DNA from: Flavobacteriales bacterium
GTDB taxonomy: Bacteria > Bacteroidota > Bacteroidia > UBA4408
NCBI GenBank assembly: GCA_040374085.1
Contig: JBEIVB010000004.1
Location: 79 to 64,078, forward strand
Direction: 5' to 3'
DNA length: 64,000 nt
Shown: one piece after another, positions 61,053 to 64,000 of the stretch
Layout of the letters: every line of letters starts with the position of its first letter
How positions within the stretch are numbered: position 1 is the stretch's first letter
Translations under genes and position numbers: made by a program
Notes under the pieces: model-generated
What the model was told of the DNA's origin: nothing
Seen by the model: only the letters and a program-made list of their open reading frames with translations
The model's database searches: none

Positions 61053-62024
61053 TTATTTCCTTATGATATAGGGTTCTACCGGCCCGATTTTTTCTGCAAG
61101 AACGCGGGCCATTTTCTCATTCGACTCATGGCTCCAACCGGCAATGTGCGGACTCAGCAAAACGCGCTCTTCTGTCATCAAGCGCTTCAGAGTTTCGGCG
61201 GCAGAACCCTCCAAGGCTTCAAACGATAGGCTTTCAAATTCCAACACATCTAGGCACGCTCCCATAATTTTTCCCTCTTGAATGCCTTGCAGAACCGCCT
61301 CAGTATTGAGCACTTTGCCGCGGGCTGTATTGATTAGATATATTGGGTTTCGAAAAGAGGCCAGCCACTTAGCGTTTACATAGTGGTGGTTTTCTTGGGA
61401 ATAAGGGATGTGGAGCGATACCACGTGGGCTTCATGTTGTATTTGCTCCAGCGATGCAGCCATGCGAAAATCATCTTCTGAAAACGCAGGAGGTCGATAC
61501 GGGTCGTTCACCAGCACACGAACCCCAAAACCTTGCAGCCGCTGGGCAAATGCCGAACCCATATTGCCAAAGCCAATTATACCAACGGTTTTTCCGCTGA
61601 GCTCGTTGCCACGGTTTGCCTCTCGTTTCCAAAGGCCTTGCCTAACCTCTCGGTCGGCCCGCGGCAGGTGATTCAGCAGGCTTAGCAACATGCCCAATGC
61701 ATGTTCAGCAACGGCATCTCGGTTGCCTTCCGGTGCATGCAAGCATCGTATGCCAAGACCGGTAGCGGCTTCTACATCAATGTTTTCCATTCCTGCGCCT
61801 AAACGGGCTATGAAATTAAGGCCGGTTGCTTTCTTTAGAAATTCCTCCCGGATGGAGAATCGGCTCCGGATCACCATTCCCTTCGCGCCCGGAAATTTTC
61901 TCAACACTTGGTCTGCGCTCAGTTCATAAGCAGGCTCAACATACCAGCCTTGCATTTCCAGAAGTTGAGTGAGAAGGGGTGGAACGGTATCCAGTAGAAG
62001 GATCGTAGGCGGCTTTGCCCTCAT
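61053..62024 (-). CDS. D-isomer-specific 2-hydroxyacid dehydrogenase (phosphoglycerate dehydrogenase-like)
   Basis: NAD-binding motif GIIGFGNMGSAFAQRL and the catalytic segment ARGKV...D. Confidence 0.85.
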   Translation of the reverse strand: MRAKPPTILLLDTVPPLLTQLLEMQGWYVEPAYELSADQVLRKFPGAKGMVIRSRFSIREEFLKKATGLNFIARLGAGMENIDVEAATGLGIRCLHAPEGNRDAVAEHALGMLLSLLNHLPRADREVRQGLWKREANRGNELSGKTVGIIGFGNMGSAFAQRLQGFGVRVLVNDPYRPPAFSEDDFRMAASLEQIQHEAHVVSLHIPYSQENHHYVNAKWLASFRNPIYLINTARGKVLNTEAVLQGIQEGKIMGACLDVLEFESLSFEALEGSAAETLKRLMTEERVLLSPHIAGWSHESNEKMARVLAEKIGPVEPYIIRK

Positions 62025-62025
62025 A

Positions 62026-63420
62026 TTATAACATACGACTGGTTAACAAGGCAATGTCATCTCCGAAGGGTAAATTTTGTCGGAAATTGTTAACCGCATC
62101 CATGATGCCCATATTGATATCCCGAACAGATCGGTCCTGCAGCGCACAAACGGTTTCCAACAGCAAGCCGGAACCAAAATCTTGTCCATCCGGATTTTCC
62201 TGCTCAACCAATCCATCGGTAAAACACACAATAAGACTGCCATGTGGAAGATAGAATATACCCTCTTTCAAGCTTGGTATTTCGGATAGCATGCCCAATC
62301 CAATGCATCCGGTTGTGAGCCATGTGCGTGCTGAATGGGAAAACAAAATGGGCGGATTATGCCCGGCATTGATGTAGGTCAACACGCGTGTAATGTAGTT
62401 GTACTTGGCCAAAAACAGCGTAATGAATTTTTCTCCTTTTGCGTTGTTTGAAACAAGCGTATTCAACTCGGAGATGATGTCTGGCAAGTGACTTCCGTTG
62501 CGGAAAAGAGCCCTGAGGTTGGCTTGGAAATTTGCCATAAGCAAAGCTGCCGAGACTCCCTTTCCCGATACATCTGCCATGCACATGACCATCTCATTAT
62601 CGTTGATTTTGAAAAAGTCATAATAATCTCCTCCAACTTGCAGGTGAGGCTGATAGTAGGCATCTACCTCCAAATACTCATCGCGGGGCAGTTCCGATGG
62701 AAAGAGCATGTTTTGCATTTTGGATGCAAGCTCAAGCTCTTTGTTGGTGGCAATTTGCCGCATATATTCCTTCGCCAACTTTTTGTTTTCAATGGCTACA
62801 ACCATAACGTTGGTGAGGGTTTGAATAAAAGGCAAATGTTTAATTGCCGCACTCATTCCCAATTTCTGTTCATCCAAATCCCCAACCAAAAGATAAGCCA
62901 ATGATTGTGATTTATGAAACACCGGCACCACCATGTCGAATTCCCCTCCCAGATTATTTGGCAAAAGACCTACTTCTGCAATTTGTTTTATGTTCAACAG
63001 GTGCTCATCAATGGTCAGGGGTGCTTGGGTTTCCTGCATGCCATAACGCATAACGCATTTCCACTCGTGATCGTAGAGAAACAACGCCAGCTTTCCGATG
63101 TGCAATTCATGCACCAGTATTTCTTGATAAATGCGCAGCAACTGCTCCACGCTTTTGTTGCTGTTGATGGCCTTGGTAACCTCAAGCAATGCATGAAGCT
63201 TAACATCCGAGATGCGCTTCTTCTTCCCCAATGGTTTGGTTGCAAAGGTTGGAAAAGTTTGAAACGCAGATTCGTCGTTCGGGCGCTGCATGGCGTTGTG
63301 CTGTTCTACAAAAATACGAAAATGACGCAAGCCCTTGGTGCGCCCAAATGGGGTGCTTACCTTTGGATGCATGGCACAACATTTGGAGTTTGCGTTTTCC
63401 GCAGAATGGGCTGCGGCCAT
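62026..63420 (-). CDS. GAF-domain PP2C/SpoIIE-type serine phosphatase (RsbU-like)
   Basis: N-terminal GAF-like region and a C-terminal domain with ADVSGKGVSAALLMANFQ and CFTDGLVE motifs. The probable start is MQRPND at about 63291. Confidence 0.8.
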   Translation of the reverse strand: MAAAHSAENANSKCCAMHPKVSTPFGRTKGLRHFRIFVEQHNAMQRPNDESAFQTFPTFATKPLGKKKRISDVKLHALLEVTKAINSNKSVEQLLRIYQEILVHELHIGKLALFLYDHEWKCVMRYGMQETQAPLTIDEHLLNIKQIAEVGLLPNNLGGEFDMVVPVFHKSQSLAYLLVGDLDEQKLGMSAAIKHLPFIQTLTNVMVVAIENKKLAKEYMRQIATNKELELASKMQNMLFPSELPRDEYLEVDAYYQPHLQVGGDYYDFFKINDNEMVMCMADVSGKGVSAALLMANFQANLRALFRNGSHLPDIISELNTLVSNNAKGEKFITLFLAKYNYITRVLTYINAGHNPPILFSHSARTWLTTGCIGLGMLSEIPSLKEGIFYLPHGSLIVCFTDGLVEQENPDGQDFGSGLLLETVCALQDRSVRDINMGIMDAVNNFRQNLPFGDDIALLTSRML

Positions 63421-64000
63421 GGATGAGCGTGATCCACTCTCGGAATGGAGGACTCGTTTTCATTTTCCTCTGCACAACGGCGATGCCTGCGTATATTTTA
63501 CCGGCAACTCCCTTGGGCTGCAGCCTACCAACACCCGCGCGTGGGTAGATCGGGAGTTGGATGCATGGGCCAGGTATGGGGTAGAGGGCCATTTCAAAGG
63601 CCATAATCCTTGGGTTTCGTATCACGAGATTCTCACCGAAGGAGCTGCACGTCTGGTAGGAGCAAAGCCCATAGAGGTGGTAATGATGAATCAGCTTACT
63701 TCCAACTTACATTTTTTGTTGATCTCGTTTTATCGCCCGGTCGGCAAGCGCATTCGGATTTTAACAGAAGCCAAAGCTTTCCCATCCGACCAATATGCCC
63801 TCGATGCTCAAATACGTCTTCATGGATTCGAACCTCAAGACGTTCTTATTGAACTGGAGCCCCGCGCTGGTGAGCATGCCTTAAGATCCGAAGACATTCT
63901 AAGTGCCATTCATGAACACGGCGAAACGCTAGCGTTGGTATTTTTTGGCGGTGTTAATTATTATAGTGGAGAAGTTATGCCCATGAAAGTCATCGTTTCC
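63371..64000 (+). CDS. kynU: Kynureninase, N-terminal part only; the gene runs off the right edge of the window
   Basis: This ORF was translated by hand and is not in the track as a complete ORF. It reads MAQHLEFAFSAEWAAAMDERDPLSEWRTRFHFPLHNGDACVYFTGNSLGLQPTNTRAWVDRELDAWARYGVEGHFKGHNPW...MMNQLTSNLHFLLISFYRP.... Confidence 0.8.
   Translation, partial: MAQHLEFAFSAEWAAAMDERDPLSEWRTRFHFPLHNGDACVYFTGNSLGLQPTNTRAWVDRELDAWARYGVEGHFKGHNPWVSYHEILTEGAARLVGAKPIEVVMMNQLTSNLHFLLISFYRPVGKRIRILTEAKAFPSDQYALDAQIRLHGFEPQDVLIELEPRAGEHALRSEDILSAIHEHGETLALVFFGGVNYYSGEVMPMKVIVS

Noticed and set aside
63231-63548. Tracked plus ORF 63231..63548 and minus ORF 63200..63625 at the right edge
   Set aside because: They are out of frame with the clear kynureninase reading frame that starts at 63371, and with the phosphatase gene.

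Overview
This window reads as a chromosomal segment of a Bacteroidota genome, probably Sphingobacteriia or Chitinophagia. The evidence is about 50% GC, many proteins ending in type IX secretion (T9SS) C-terminal sorting domains, a PorP/SprF plus type-B CTD adhesin pair, and a TAnnTTTG-like -7 promoter motif. I support about 59 protein-coding genes and one tRNA-Ser(GGA), with high coding density and several 4-nt start/stop overlaps that suggest operons. Most genes are housekeeping: polA, tdk, ansA, mutL, guaB, fbaB, accD, ribF, ispB, korB, cspA and the start of kynU. Accessory content comprises seven T9SS cargo proteins (five of them in tandem), two SpoIIE/PP2C sensor phosphatases, a Ser/Thr kinase, two tandem rhomboid proteases after mutL, and three ABC transporter modules. 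No CRISPR array, integrase, transposase or rRNA is visible. Two things stand out. The first is a roughly 175-bp tandem repeat array of 3 copies immediately downstream of the tRNA-Ser terminator; each copy carries a bidirectional terminator-like hairpin and terminal inverted repeats. The second is a three-gene minus-strand cluster at 32602-34184, all on one strand with short gaps. It encodes a MauE/DoxX membrane protein fused to a CxxC thioredoxin domain, followed by two paralogous 70-aa lipoproteins that each hold four conserved cysteines. I read this as a candidate undescribed disulfide-maturation or redox module with built-in small substrates. All calls rest on reading the sequence and the ORF track; no database search was run.
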